Source of the DNA: a virus | Lineage: Duplodnaviria; Caudoviricetes | Reading direction: 5' to 3' (one strand) | IMG/VR virus record: IMGVR_UViG_3300046777_001311 | Span: 1-58,804 of that record | Length of the DNA stretch: 58,804 nt | Shown: positions 36,201-45,617 of the stretch, in pieces | Layout: each line of letters starts with the position of its first letter | Position numbering within the stretch: the first letter of the stretch is position 1 | The notes under the pieces: generated by a model | What the model saw: the letters and a program-made list of their open reading frames with translations, nothing else | What the model was told of the DNA's origin: nothing | The model's database searches: none | Made by a program: the position numbers and the translations under genes

Positions 36201-36969
36201 TTGGCTTATTACCCATCAATGACCTTGAAACAATATCACCATACTCCTCTACGGTCATGTTTAAAATATCTACCTTCTTACTCATGCCAAAAAACTTGTT
36301 TAAGAAGTTATTTAGCATCTCTCTTATTTTAGATACTATACTTTTTTGAGAGCGTCTTTCGGCGGCTTCCGAAATTGCCGATGCTGCTGCTCTTTGAAGT
36401 ATTTGTTCCTGAGTCAAAGGTGGATACCCTTGATTCTGCATATTCTGATCAGCAATTATGGATTCAGCTTCATAATCAGTGCCCCTTACAGTTTCTATAA
36501 TTTGATTATACAAGGCTTGATCCTTGTATTTAGCAAGCTCCATCCAAACGTATCCAAGACCGGACATCTTTGCGTTTTCAGCAAATGCTGATGATGGGTC
36601 CACTAAAATTTCACCACCAAAATATATAGCTGTAATATTACCTGATGGGTCTGTAATTCTAACAGCATCAGGGTAGTTAACAAGAGCAAAGTCAAAATCC
36701 TGTTGATCTGCTTTTATGTTTACATTAGGAAGAGAGAGTAGGTTTAATGATACCTGTGCTGAATTTCTATTATTACTGGAAGGGTTGTTAAATGTTACAT
36801 TTCTTTTTGCTTTTACTTGCTCTTTTGCTCTAACCCCATCTTGAGGAACGACACTTGGCAATTCAACACCAACCTTGTCAGCGAATTTATTAAAATCCCC
36901 TGCAAGGATAGAGGCTTTTATATCCTCCTCGGTATACTCCCTTCCGTTAAAATAATATTTACAAGCCAT
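33250..36969 (-). CDS. Large internal virion/ejection protein
   Basis: 1239 aa, helical, in the podovirus internal-protein position. Confidence 0.6.
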   Translation of the reverse strand: MACKYYFNGREYTEEDIKASILAGDFNKFADKVGVELPSVVPQDGVRAKEQVKAKRNVTFNNPSSNNRNSAQVSLNLLSLPNVNIKADQQDFDFALVNYPDAVRITDPSGNITAIYFGGEILVDPSSAFAENAKMSGLGYVWMELAKYKDQALYNQIIETVRGTDYEAESIIADQNMQNQGYPPLTQEQILQRAAASAISEAAERRSQKSIVSKIREMLNNFLNKFFGMSKKVDILNMTVEEYGDIVSRSLMGNKPISDITSQEIDNIEDPKNAAISIDGALLSDYENAGYLDRLVRRLAPKDDRGKTVKFIANTLVPQRFTNAKSLFQYWFKSGDQGDIKRLMEKRGRKIDADMRRIKDKVYQFRKAAKPVLKSLTKSRQAEFLRDASLYMEGQISMNDFRNTWERSLPMGSKNRTNAREFAKILQSLRRDIDGMSATVNGIINDPNSQISATISQNLGVYMTRTYAAFKNGAWNKKMFPKGMATPFTQQSGRSPEMQRIYQAAVNYIKQNAGYPITDREIDLKLKEYAALSDRGTDDFATDTSTGVKVVDDFISKARKDLPAELRAFLGEHTDPLTKYFHTMENMIKYVENKRFLQKLNDIGRNKVFFDKPTGRYNEAIFSDNKFHPLNGIYTSPEIADLIRNSEYSTKIQVLREIAGWWKLGKTALSPMTTIRNFVSNIFIPLANGRALSGVANLPKGMINAWREMVGSPSEFNNILTEYGILNSGISAELRAQVYGSAKKIYDSDVQALYDNKTVLDIIKNIPSKIKSSSLALYEFMDNIWRITQFSCELAETRLMFGDKLSNEEIFQLAAERYRQTNICYDMAPQAVKRLSESPLLGTFPTFASESMRTSVTIPRMAVRDIRDGAKNGNYWQSYFGARRLLAFSSIVGSLTGLGGVYGAQLLGAVVRGLGLEPPEEELDRVLYYSSPDFAKYDNRIIDPSGTDSEQTSFYNLDFINPWGILSKAYNAFTRTENYDMDESSALAVASVLAEPFFGQEAISGIILSAVNNLDPVTGKQIYEEDGTGDMIWSGISAYLLNNVAPGIVTMGSQLYNASSVVPEFDKGAKTQSDILFTNLTGFKKTKINNLNSFSRKLQSEYVPEIQDNLDDIYQAKMKYKNEFEKSKGTGDRKYERDQLQKSVLDIHNANKNLMKAQFKIADHASALQSIGVPFGDLVDKIDVKLRNTPGMRASYDINGNKISNLDIYIQEFNDEQLKMLGVSSMQEYRNMLYNELKN

Positions 36970-37447
36970 TTGCTAACTCTTGATCAAAGATAATTAAACC
37001 ACAAGTATCACCGTTTATTACGGCTAATCTAGCTGAATAATCACCATATAATCCAGCCGACTTTCTCTGAATCTCTATAAACTCTAATAGTATTTGCTGA
37101 CAAGTTGGATCAGCAGTTTTATAAAAATCAGTATAGAACTCTAATAGTGACACCTCACTTTCATAAGCAACCTCAATGGCATCTACAATACCTTCAATCT
37201 TTTCATCACATTTATCAATCATAGGCATCTCTGCTAACACGCCTACATCATTTAAGAAGTCGGCTATCTTTTGATAATGTTCTACCTCCTCCTCGCTCTC
37301 ATGCTTGAAAAACTTATACGACCCAAGATAACCCAAGACCTGAAGCTGATTAGCAATATGGCGATATAGGTGAGATACATACATCTCTTGATATAAAGCT
37401 TGATTGAATTTATCAATGCAATCATTTGAAATTAAAGCGTTTTTCAT
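36959..37447 (-). CDS. Ferritin-like protein
   Basis: QEMYVSHLY, ESEEEVEH, AYESE, EIQ ferroxidase-site pattern; ATG 37447 overlaps the upstream stop (TAATG). Confidence 0.85.
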   Translation of the reverse strand: MKNALISNDCIDKFNQALYQEMYVSHLYRHIANQLQVLGYLGSYKFFKHESEEEVEHYQKIADFLNDVGVLAEMPMIDKCDEKIEGIVDAIEVAYESEVSLLEFYTDFYKTADPTCQQILLEFIEIQRKSAGLYGDYSARLAVINGDTCGLIIFDQELANGL

Positions 37448-40400
37448 TATAGTCCACAAATTTTAGTTATTCCTAACTGGTTTATAATAGTTTCAAAGTT
37501 ATCATTTATTTCCTTAGCTTTCATATAAAGTTCTCCAAAGTTTTCACGATTTTGCTGTTCCATCCTCTGACGAGCTAATCCCCTCTTGTTAGATATAACA
37601 TCCATCTCTTTGAATATCTTTCCACCATCCTTTCTTATCTGATCTCTCCTAAGAACATCTTCGGTAGATTCAAGTGTCTGACCATATAGTCTTTCTAAAT
37701 ATGGTGTTTCAGAGCGTTTGGCGGCGTTCCGAGCTTCGGTCTCGCCAACCATATTCCAATAGTCCTTATGAGCCGCTGAATAAACAGCATATTCGTTTAT
37801 CTTAGATATAGCAAAGTTGACGTCATTAGAATCTAATTTCTGTATTTGGTCCGGTCTGAAAACAGCCTTTAGTAAAGCTTCTGGATTATTGCCGTATTGA
37901 GATTTATCATAATTTCCATTATATATATCCATTAAGCTAACTCCATTATCAGCCATTACCTGTATATCAATAACGCCGTAATTAATAGAATCTTCTACGC
38001 TGTTACCAACTAATGTGAGTCCTGGTATTTTATACACATCTTGAGAACGCTTGATTCTATCTTGCATCATCTCTACATTACCACCATTCTCAAATCCCTC
38101 TTGATCTTGTATGTAGTGTTGTATCTCATGAATCAAAACCTTCTGAACTTCATCTATACCTACTTGATTTATTATCTTTGGATTTAAAGATACCAATCCT
38201 CTAGCAATGTCTAACTGACCATAAGCTTCTGATTGAAGGCTATCATCTAATTCAAAGTATAAATCCTCTATGTATGGATACGCCTTTTGTAGCTCTCCAA
38301 AGTTTAATATTTCTGATAACGGAATAGCTGGCGGCTTCGTTTCAAATCGGTCACTGATTCCCTGGCTTTGATTGTACCCCTTAACAACTAATCTAAAGTC
38401 GTTCTCATCTTGTAAATCATCCTTCAATGTTACATTTGGATACTCATATCTCCATTTTCCATCAGCTCCCATCTCCCAACCGGTAGCCCTCTTAATGTCT
38501 GTTGATGGCCTATTGTTGGAAGCCATAAGTTTAGCCGTTTCTAAATCCTTTTGAGCAACTTTATCATTTGCATTTTCAATACCCCTCTCACCTACTATTT
38601 GCTCTTTTGACTTAACTTGCTGCTTAGCCTTTATATCTCTTGCTATAACTGCTCTATAATTATCTTCAGTAGCAACTTCTCCTTCAGCATAAACTATAGA
38701 AACTAATCCACCATTATCATATTCGGCTATTGAATACAAAGACCCATCTTCATTGTACGATTTAAAAACACCCTGTTTTTCACCTTCAACAAATTCACCA
38801 ATTCCTTCTAACTGGCCATTTTCATGATATGTTTTTTTAACTCCTTGTAATTCTCCATCTAAATAATTAGATTCTTCTTCTAACTGGCCATTTTCATGAT
38901 ATGCTTTAGTAGGTCCGTTTGGCATCCCATCAAAATAATTTCGCTCATAATTTAATTGGCCATTAGGATAATAAGATCTTTTTAAACCTTCAATATTACC
39001 CTCGTCATTATAAGTAGCTATTGATTCTAACTGACCATTATCATGATAATATTCAACAGTTCCAGATGGAACATAATCTCTAAGCGAAAATTTACTTTTT
39101 AATTGACCATTTCGGTGATATTCAATCTCATCATAACTACCTTTATTAAATGAAATATATATTTTTTCTGATGCTAAAACGCCATCTCTATAAAAGTATT
39201 TTTCATCATAACCAACATCAAATGTATATCTCTTTTCAAACTCTAAAGACCCATCTTCATAATAACCTCTTTTAGTTCCGTTTACAGAGTTTTCAGAATA
39301 TGGTGTAGATAATCTTAATTTACCATCAGGATAATATACCAACTCCTCTCCATTTAATTTTCCATTAGACCAATTTGAGCTAACTTTTAATGTGCCATTT
39401 TCATAATATTCTTTTGAAAGTCCATCTCTAACTCCATCTTTTAAACTCTCCTCTCTTATTAAAGTTCCATCACTAGTCCACTCCTCTTCTTTTGTTTTTG
39501 TCTTTCTAAATATATTACCACTATCTACAATAGAACCATCTTCAGAGTATTCAACTACTTGCTTTTTACCATCTCCAATATTTTTATTTGAAGGAATGCC
39601 TTGATGTGGATCGTCTTGTCTATCCCACCATTCATCCATAGTTGTTGCGCTTGCACAAAAGGCTGTTAATTTACCGTTGTCAAAAGCAATTTTCTTAGGT
39701 ATTCTATTATATTTATTAATCCATAAACTCCAAGCGTTTTCTAATGATCCGGCTGTTCTTGCTGCTATGCACCATGGATTTGCCTTTTCTCCAAAATGAG
39801 TATCAATAATTCTTCTAACGGCAGCTTGACCCTCTTTGGTATTATCAACATCATATACTGTTATATTAGTTCCAGGTATAGTCTTTTTGTTAGAAAACTC
39901 TTTTATAGAGTCTGGATTAATAGGCTTCTCTTTAATTGTATCTTTAAACTTTTCAATAAGTTCTATTGGATTATTATATGAGAATGGATCTATTTTATTT
40001 TTAGTAGCAACTCTTTCAGCCTCTACTACTTTATAACCATCTTCTGGCAGTATTAAATGTGAATTGTTTATATAGTGAAAAGCAAGTTTTTCAAGTTTAG
40101 GATTGCCTTGACCATTCTGTGAATTTTCTTCTCCAAACTTTTCAACTTCAGATATAACACTATCTATCAGTCCCTGCTGAACAAGATCTGGTCTTTTCTT
40201 TTCCAATAATCTCTTATACTCCTCCTTCTTTTTGTTTGATATCTGTTGTTTAGAAGATACTGTATTTGAAATGTAATTTTCTAATTCATTTTCAGACATA
40301 GGTTCTTCTTTTTCCCTACTTTCAACTATTTCAGGTTGAGATATTGCTTCAGGCTTTGGTGTTGCGGTCTCCCTCTCAATAATTCTTGATTCTGAAGGCG

Positions 40401-43400
40401 CTTGACCAAATCTATCTTGAAGACCTCTGATTTTAGATTGCAATCCAGACACATCTCTACCTGTAGACATAGTTAACGCAACACTATTAAAGAAGTCAAC
40501 TAAAGCCTGTGTCTTTGCATTAGATTTAAATGGCACTACATTACCCTTTGTAATTCTTGATACAAAGTTGTTTATCAATGTCATTAACTTTTGAAGAATA
40601 GACGGCTCTATTTTCCCTCTATTTTCAGTCAATCGGGCGGCTAGTTGAACTAAATATTCCTCCGATTTAACATCATCCTCATACCCCTCCTGATTTGCAA
40701 AGTCATTAAGCTTCTTGTTTTCACTTTCAGATAGCAACTTTGAAACTCTATCCTTAAACTCTTCAAATAAAACAGGGTTATCACCAAATGCTTTTGCTAA
40801 TATAGCGTGTGTTAATTCATGAGGAGTTGTAGTACCATCCGCCTTAGATAAATCAACATGGACGCCAATCACATTTCCATTACCGTCCAATATAATAGCA
40901 CCTGCCTGAGATAGTTTTTTACCCTGAGCTTCAGTAGCTAATTCATACTCCTCTGTATTTTCGTGAAGATAAACCTTTAGGCCTGGATATATCTTTTTAA
41001 TAGCCTCAATAGCTACCGCAGCAGAACTTATTAAATTTCTCTTTTTACTATCACTTTTGTTCTTCTTTAATAGCTCATTCTTCCTTTTGTTGTTGTATTC
41101 ATTCCCTTCAAGAAGTTGCTGTCCTAAGTCGCTTTCGGCGGCTTGCTGAGTTTTAGGTTGCTCTTTAACCTCCTCCTCTTTAGCAGCCTCTACTTTAGGA
41201 GCCGCCTTAGTATAAGGAATCTCAACATTATTCTCCGTTACAATCTCATCAAATACTACATCAAATAGAGCCTGTGGTGCTGGACCAACTTCCTGTTTAG
41301 CTATTTCAATCCCAATATCAATAGACAAATCAGTGTCCATTATCCCTAAAACAGAACCATTTGGAAGAGTTATCTGAGCAGATGTTGTAACACCCTTTTT
41401 ATTTACAGATTCTACACCTGCAAATTTAGAATCTCTATTTGTAACAGCTGCCTCTCCAATAACTACAGATTTAGGCTGTTGTCTACCTACCTTATTAGGT
41501 ACAAATACGTAGTTTCCATCCTCAATTTTTAACTTTCCAGCTCTACCATTATAGGTTACATCTATTGATTCTTCTGCGGCTGTTCTGAGGGGGATTGTTG
41601 CTCGCTCATTTTTTGCTTGAGTCTTTGGAGTAGTTCCAGTTGCAACTGCTTGGGTAGTTGTGCGAGTTTCAGTTCTTGTTCCAAGTTCATAATCTTGTAT
41701 TTTTTGTAATCTATTTTCAATAGGTAGTGACATTTGAGCCTTTTGCTCAGCAGATAAATTTGGATTTGAATCAATATCGTTTAATAGCTCATATAAACTA
41801 TCCTCCGCTTGTTTTCTCTCCTCATCATTAATCGGCTCTATTTTTTCAATTTTAGCCTCTACATTATCTACTACCTCTAATGTTCTATTTAAAACGTCAG
41901 AACCTACTTTTTCCTTACCTTCTTCAGTAGTTACTTGAGTTTCTGTTTTAGCAGATGTAGGTGCGGTAGATTGAGTACCTTCTAAAGCAGCTAGTTCTGC
42001 ATCATACTTAGCATTGATTAATTTTTCAGCTTTTGGTATTATTGCAGTAGTTACATAATCTAATGCTTCTTGTCTTGTTTTAAATTCTTCTGATAAAGCC
42101 GTACTATTTGAAAAACCTGTGCTACTTTGTTTATTAGGTAAAGAAACAACTACTCCAAAAGTTCCATCTGGTCTTTGTACAATATCAACATCAATAGATT
42201 CTGATTCTAAATTATATCCACCATATTCTATTTTATTTTTACTTAACTCTTCCCGTCTTCTTCTTTCTATTTCGGCAGCAGCTTTATTTCTATCCCCTAC
42301 TTTCCCTTTACCTTCTTCGGTAGTGACTTGAGGTTCTGCTTGGGGTGTTCCTTCCTCCACTTGTTGGCCAACTGCGGCTTCTGGCTGTACAGGAACTTGA
42401 CCTGTTTCTGACTCTTGAATGGCATAATTTTCTGTATTTGGGTGTAAAAATGATAATCTAAAATCATTATTCTTTAATGATTTGTCAATATACTCTTTTG
42501 CTTTATTTGAAATTTCTGTTTTTTGATCATCAGTAAAATCAAGGTCAGACCTAACTTCAATATTATAAGACCCATCTGAATTAACCATTACATTTCTAAC
42601 TCCTAGACCCATCAACACATCATCGTTATATGGAACAGCTTTATCTGAACCATAATCCAATTTACCAGTTAAATATAAATTGATTCTTTCATCAATACCT
42701 GCTAATTCATCTTTTACAGAAGGGAGATCTACTCCTAACTGCCTCATGTTGTCCTGTATATTTTTCTTTCTATAAGCTAATGATACAATCATATCTTGAT
42801 TAGCCTTTGTTAGATTGTTAAATCCAGGTATAGAATTTAGACCTTCAACAACTGAACTTATTCCTTTTAAGTCTTTTTCTAATTGCTTATATGCATCATC
42901 ACCTGGGTTCATTCCAAATGACTCTGTTTTTTCTATTATAGAAAGAACATCCTTCCAATTTCTGCCTAAATATGACAGGTTTTCCATTTGAGTTCGACTT
43001 AGCGGCCTTGCAGATTTGAAAGCCGCCATAGTTCCACCGGTTAAAAACCCTGCTAATGCATTATCATAATATGGTTTAATTTGCCATGCATCTTTAAATG
43101 GTATTGCCGCATCAGATGGGCTATTACCTCTTGCATAGCTAACCATATCATTTTGGCTATATATAGTATTGCCTAAATCCTTAGAAATATCAACACCAAG
43201 TTGACCTATAACCTCTTCAAAAGCTTCTTTACCACCTTGTTCAACAACACCTTTAGTTGCCTTTCCAAAATATTTTAAAGCTTCTTCACTTATTTTGCTT
43301 AATGGAATATTTGCACGATACATAGATATAATCCCAGCTGTTCTAAATGGATTGGCTCTAACTAAATCGTAATCGTTAACAACCTGCTCAGCTAATGCTT

Positions 43401-45603
43401 GTAGTGACGCTGAAACGGTAGCTACTTCAGAAGCATCATCTTGACTAAGACCAGCTCTTAAAGCTTCATCATAAGCTTGAGCCTCCATCATTAAAAAAGC
43501 ACCTCCAAAGTTTGTAGCAAATCTTCCTGCGGCTGCCAATTTACCAGCTCCTGAAAATGTTTTAGCAGCTATACTACCTGGTATAGCAAAAGCTCCAACA
43601 CTACCTAAACCACTACTTGTTATATCTATTAATTTAGCTACTGTTGGAAGATCGTCTATTTGACCATCTCCGTCAATATCTTGACCTGAATATCCATACA
43701 AATAATCTCTATCATTTTGATAGGTTTGTAATCCATAATACATTCTATCAGTCCATCCATAACCATCTCCTAATTCAATTAATTCAGCTAATGGCTTTAA
43801 TGATTTACCGGTCTCAAGAACAACCATATCTGTAAAATGCTTCCAAGCATTAGGCGCTGCGTATGCTAAAGAACCTAAAACAGGATTTTCAGTAACCCAT
43901 CTTTGTCTATTTGCCGCCTCAGTAGCTGTTTTTTGGTCTATTTCCTTTAATCCAGAAAATGAATTGTAGTTGTTATATTGAGATAAACTCAATTTCTCCT
44001 TCATAGAATATCTATCTAAATCGGATTGAGTTACACCGTATTCATTAGATATATTTTGAAGCCTTGATTTTAATTCCTGCTCTTTAGATTTTAAAGACTT
44101 TAACTGAGATTGAGCCTCATCATAACTTATAGCTCCTGACTTATATTTCTCAGCAATCTTATTTACATTACTATTAAGGACGTCAAAATCATTTATTATG
44201 GGCTGACTGTCTCTAATGTATCTCTTAACATCATTAGTACTTGCATACATCTTATCCAAAAACGGAGCTGAATATACCTGCATAGCTTCAGATCTAAGTT
44301 TTCTTAAAAATTCTTGATCTGATTTATCTACAACACTAAATACATCTTTATCACTTGATTTTCCGCTAATATAATTTTCAGCATTGTAGCCATTCTCTTG
44401 TAAATACTTACTATAATCATCCCACCCATTAAAACCAGCATCTTTTATATCCTTCATTATCTCATTGTATCTTTCAAAATACTCTTGAGCCTTTTCAGGA
44501 TCTGTTTTTGATAGGGCGTTTATATATGTGTAATCTAAATTTACTAATGAAGCAGCTCTTTTTGCATTCAATTCCTCCTTTTTAGAATTATATTCATCAG
44601 CACTTATAGCACCCTTTTGATAATCATCTTCAAGACCATATAACTCAGAATCATAATTGTAAAAATCTTGAACGCCCATAGACTGGAATATTGTCATATT
44701 CTTATCGTCCTTTTGGCGATTAACAATCTTATTTTGAAGCTCTAATTGCTGCTTGGTATTTTGAATCCAATCAGAGTTTTCTTTCTTTAACTGAGCAGCA
44801 AATTCATTAGAAGGAACCCATTCTTTTACCTGCTTTGTACCACCACCTCTAACAACAGTTTTACCTGACTTTTCATCATACTCAGTATACTGAGGCTCAA
44901 CAATAGTCTTTATTTCCCATTTGCCATTAGGGTCTACTCTTTTAGGGTCATAATTACCCTTGTTTATTTGATCTAATGTATATGTAGCTGTATTTACAGC
45001 GGCTACCGGTTTTTTAGTTTCAACACCTAAAGATTCAAATGAATAGCCACCTTTAGATTTTATATCTGAAACAATCGAATTGTAGTTGTTTAATAAATTT
45101 AATAGCTGCTTTTGAGCTTCTGGATCAGATTCAGACTTTTTTAACTCATCAATATAACTGTTTAATTCAGATTCTGTTTTGAAAGATTGCTCTCCAAATT
45201 TTGAAGTGTCAACCTTTTTATCTTGAAACATGATAGACTTGACTTCCTCTTCTTTAGAAGGTTCGGCTTGAGGCTGAAGGCTAGCTCTACCCTTTTCAGC
45301 CTTTTCTTTAGCCCATTTAAAGCCATCAAATCCACTATCTTCTTGGGAAGGCTCTGAGCCACTTGATGGTTGGGTTTGACTTGAGCCATAAGGCAAGCTC
45401 GGTCCAGTACCCTCTTTTTTTTTTACGGATGATTCAAAATCTGAATAGTTTTTCCCTAAACTTCCTTCTCCACCTACAGACTTATAAACTAAAGACCTGT
45501 AATTACCATCGTTTTGAATTTTATTACTAAAAGCTTGAAAAGAACCAAAAGTTTTTTGACCTCCGTATGAATTGTAAAGATCAATTAAATATTTTTCATC
45601 CAT
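37447..45603 (-). CDS. Giant polyvalent internal virion protein (two HExxH metallopeptidase motifs, LPD23-like domain, MORN/YwqK-type repeats, PWC domain)
   Basis: HELTH; NPWCI; many YHENGQL repeats (about 38700-39480); ATGWEMGADGKWRYE; HEIQHYIQDQEGFENGGN; GETEARN. Confidence 0.75.
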   Translation of the reverse strand: MDEKYLIDLYNSYGGQKTFGSFQAFSNKIQNDGNYRSLVYKSVGGEGSLGKNYSDFESSVKKKEGTGPSLPYGSSQTQPSSGSEPSQEDSGFDGFKWAKEKAEKGRASLQPQAEPSKEEEVKSIMFQDKKVDTSKFGEQSFKTESELNSYIDELKKSESDPEAQKQLLNLLNNYNSIVSDIKSKGGYSFESLGVETKKPVAAVNTATYTLDQINKGNYDPKRVDPNGKWEIKTIVEPQYTEYDEKSGKTVVRGGGTKQVKEWVPSNEFAAQLKKENSDWIQNTKQQLELQNKIVNRQKDDKNMTIFQSMGVQDFYNYDSELYGLEDDYQKGAISADEYNSKKEELNAKRAASLVNLDYTYINALSKTDPEKAQEYFERYNEIMKDIKDAGFNGWDDYSKYLQENGYNAENYISGKSSDKDVFSVVDKSDQEFLRKLRSEAMQVYSAPFLDKMYASTNDVKRYIRDSQPIINDFDVLNSNVNKIAEKYKSGAISYDEAQSQLKSLKSKEQELKSRLQNISNEYGVTQSDLDRYSMKEKLSLSQYNNYNSFSGLKEIDQKTATEAANRQRWVTENPVLGSLAYAAPNAWKHFTDMVVLETGKSLKPLAELIELGDGYGWTDRMYYGLQTYQNDRDYLYGYSGQDIDGDGQIDDLPTVAKLIDITSSGLGSVGAFAIPGSIAAKTFSGAGKLAAAGRFATNFGGAFLMMEAQAYDEALRAGLSQDDASEVATVSASLQALAEQVVNDYDLVRANPFRTAGIISMYRANIPLSKISEEALKYFGKATKGVVEQGGKEAFEEVIGQLGVDISKDLGNTIYSQNDMVSYARGNSPSDAAIPFKDAWQIKPYYDNALAGFLTGGTMAAFKSARPLSRTQMENLSYLGRNWKDVLSIIEKTESFGMNPGDDAYKQLEKDLKGISSVVEGLNSIPGFNNLTKANQDMIVSLAYRKKNIQDNMRQLGVDLPSVKDELAGIDERINLYLTGKLDYGSDKAVPYNDDVLMGLGVRNVMVNSDGSYNIEVRSDLDFTDDQKTEISNKAKEYIDKSLKNNDFRLSFLHPNTENYAIQESETGQVPVQPEAAVGQQVEEGTPQAEPQVTTEEGKGKVGDRNKAAAEIERRRREELSKNKIEYGGYNLESESIDVDIVQRPDGTFGVVVSLPNKQSSTGFSNSTALSEEFKTRQEALDYVTTAIIPKAEKLINAKYDAELAALEGTQSTAPTSAKTETQVTTEEGKEKVGSDVLNRTLEVVDNVEAKIEKIEPINDEERKQAEDSLYELLNDIDSNPNLSAEQKAQMSLPIENRLQKIQDYELGTRTETRTTTQAVATGTTPKTQAKNERATIPLRTAAEESIDVTYNGRAGKLKIEDGNYVFVPNKVGRQQPKSVVIGEAAVTNRDSKFAGVESVNKKGVTTSAQITLPNGSVLGIMDTDLSIDIGIEIAKQEVGPAPQALFDVVFDEIVTENNVEIPYTKAAPKVEAAKEEEVKEQPKTQQAAESDLGQQLLEGNEYNNKRKNELLKKNKSDSKKRNLISSAAVAIEAIKKIYPGLKVYLHENTEEYELATEAQGKKLSQAGAIILDGNGNVIGVHVDLSKADGTTTPHELTHAILAKAFGDNPVLFEEFKDRVSKLLSESENKKLNDFANQEGYEDDVKSEEYLVQLAARLTENRGKIEPSILQKLMTLINNFVSRITKGNVVPFKSNAKTQALVDFFNSVALTMSTGRDVSGLQSKIRGLQDRFGQAPSESRIIERETATPKPEAISQPEIVESREKEEPMSENELENYISNTVSSKQQISNKKKEEYKRLLEKKRPDLVQQGLIDSVISEVEKFGEENSQNGQGNPKLEKLAFHYINNSHLILPEDGYKVVEAERVATKNKIDPFSYNNPIELIEKFKDTIKEKPINPDSIKEFSNKKTIPGTNITVYDVDNTKEGQAAVRRIIDTHFGEKANPWCIAARTAGSLENAWSLWINKYNRIPKKIAFDNGKLTAFCASATTMDEWWDRQDDPHQGIPSNKNIGDGKKQVVEYSEDGSIVDSGNIFRKTKTKEEEWTSDGTLIREESLKDGVRDGLSKEYYENGTLKVSSNWSNGKLNGEELVYYPDGKLRLSTPYSENSVNGTKRGYYEDGSLEFEKRYTFDVGYDEKYFYRDGVLASEKIYISFNKGSYDEIEYHRNGQLKSKFSLRDYVPSGTVEYYHDNGQLESIATYNDEGNIEGLKRSYYPNGQLNYERNYFDGMPNGPTKAYHENGQLEEESNYLDGELQGVKKTYHENGQLEGIGEFVEGEKQGVFKSYNEDGSLYSIAEYDNGGLVSIVYAEGEVATEDNYRAVIARDIKAKQQVKSKEQIVGERGIENANDKVAQKDLETAKLMASNNRPSTDIKRATGWEMGADGKWRYEYPNVTLKDDLQDENDFRLVVKGYNQSQGISDRFETKPPAIPLSEILNFGELQKAYPYIEDLYFELDDSLQSEAYGQLDIARGLVSLNPKIINQVGIDEVQKVLIHEIQHYIQDQEGFENGGNVEMMQDRIKRSQDVYKIPGLTLVGNSVEDSINYGVIDIQVMADNGVSLMDIYNGNYDKSQYGNNPEALLKAVFRPDQIQKLDSNDVNFAISKINEYAVYSAAHKDYWNMVGETEARNAAKRSETPYLERLYGQTLESTEDVLRRDQIRKDGGKIFKEMDVISNKRGLARQRMEQQNRENFGELYMKAKEINDNFETIINQLGITKICGL
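41903..42332. repeat. 37-bp imperfect direct repeats (32/37) flanking an in-frame cassette
   Basis: 41903-41939 and 42296-42332, 393 nt apart; both encode QVTTEEGKxKVG. Confidence 0.75.
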
Positions 45604-45617
45604 ATCTATGTGTTTTA

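Noticed and set aside
38700-39480. MORN-like repeats as a DGR template/variable pair
   Set aside because: No reverse transcriptase; the repeats are tandem in-frame protein repeats
43660-43700. QDIDGDGQIDD in the giant protein as an RNA polymerase DxDGD motif
   Set aside because: Lacks NADFDGD/DFDID context; looks like an EF-hand-like DxDxDG loop
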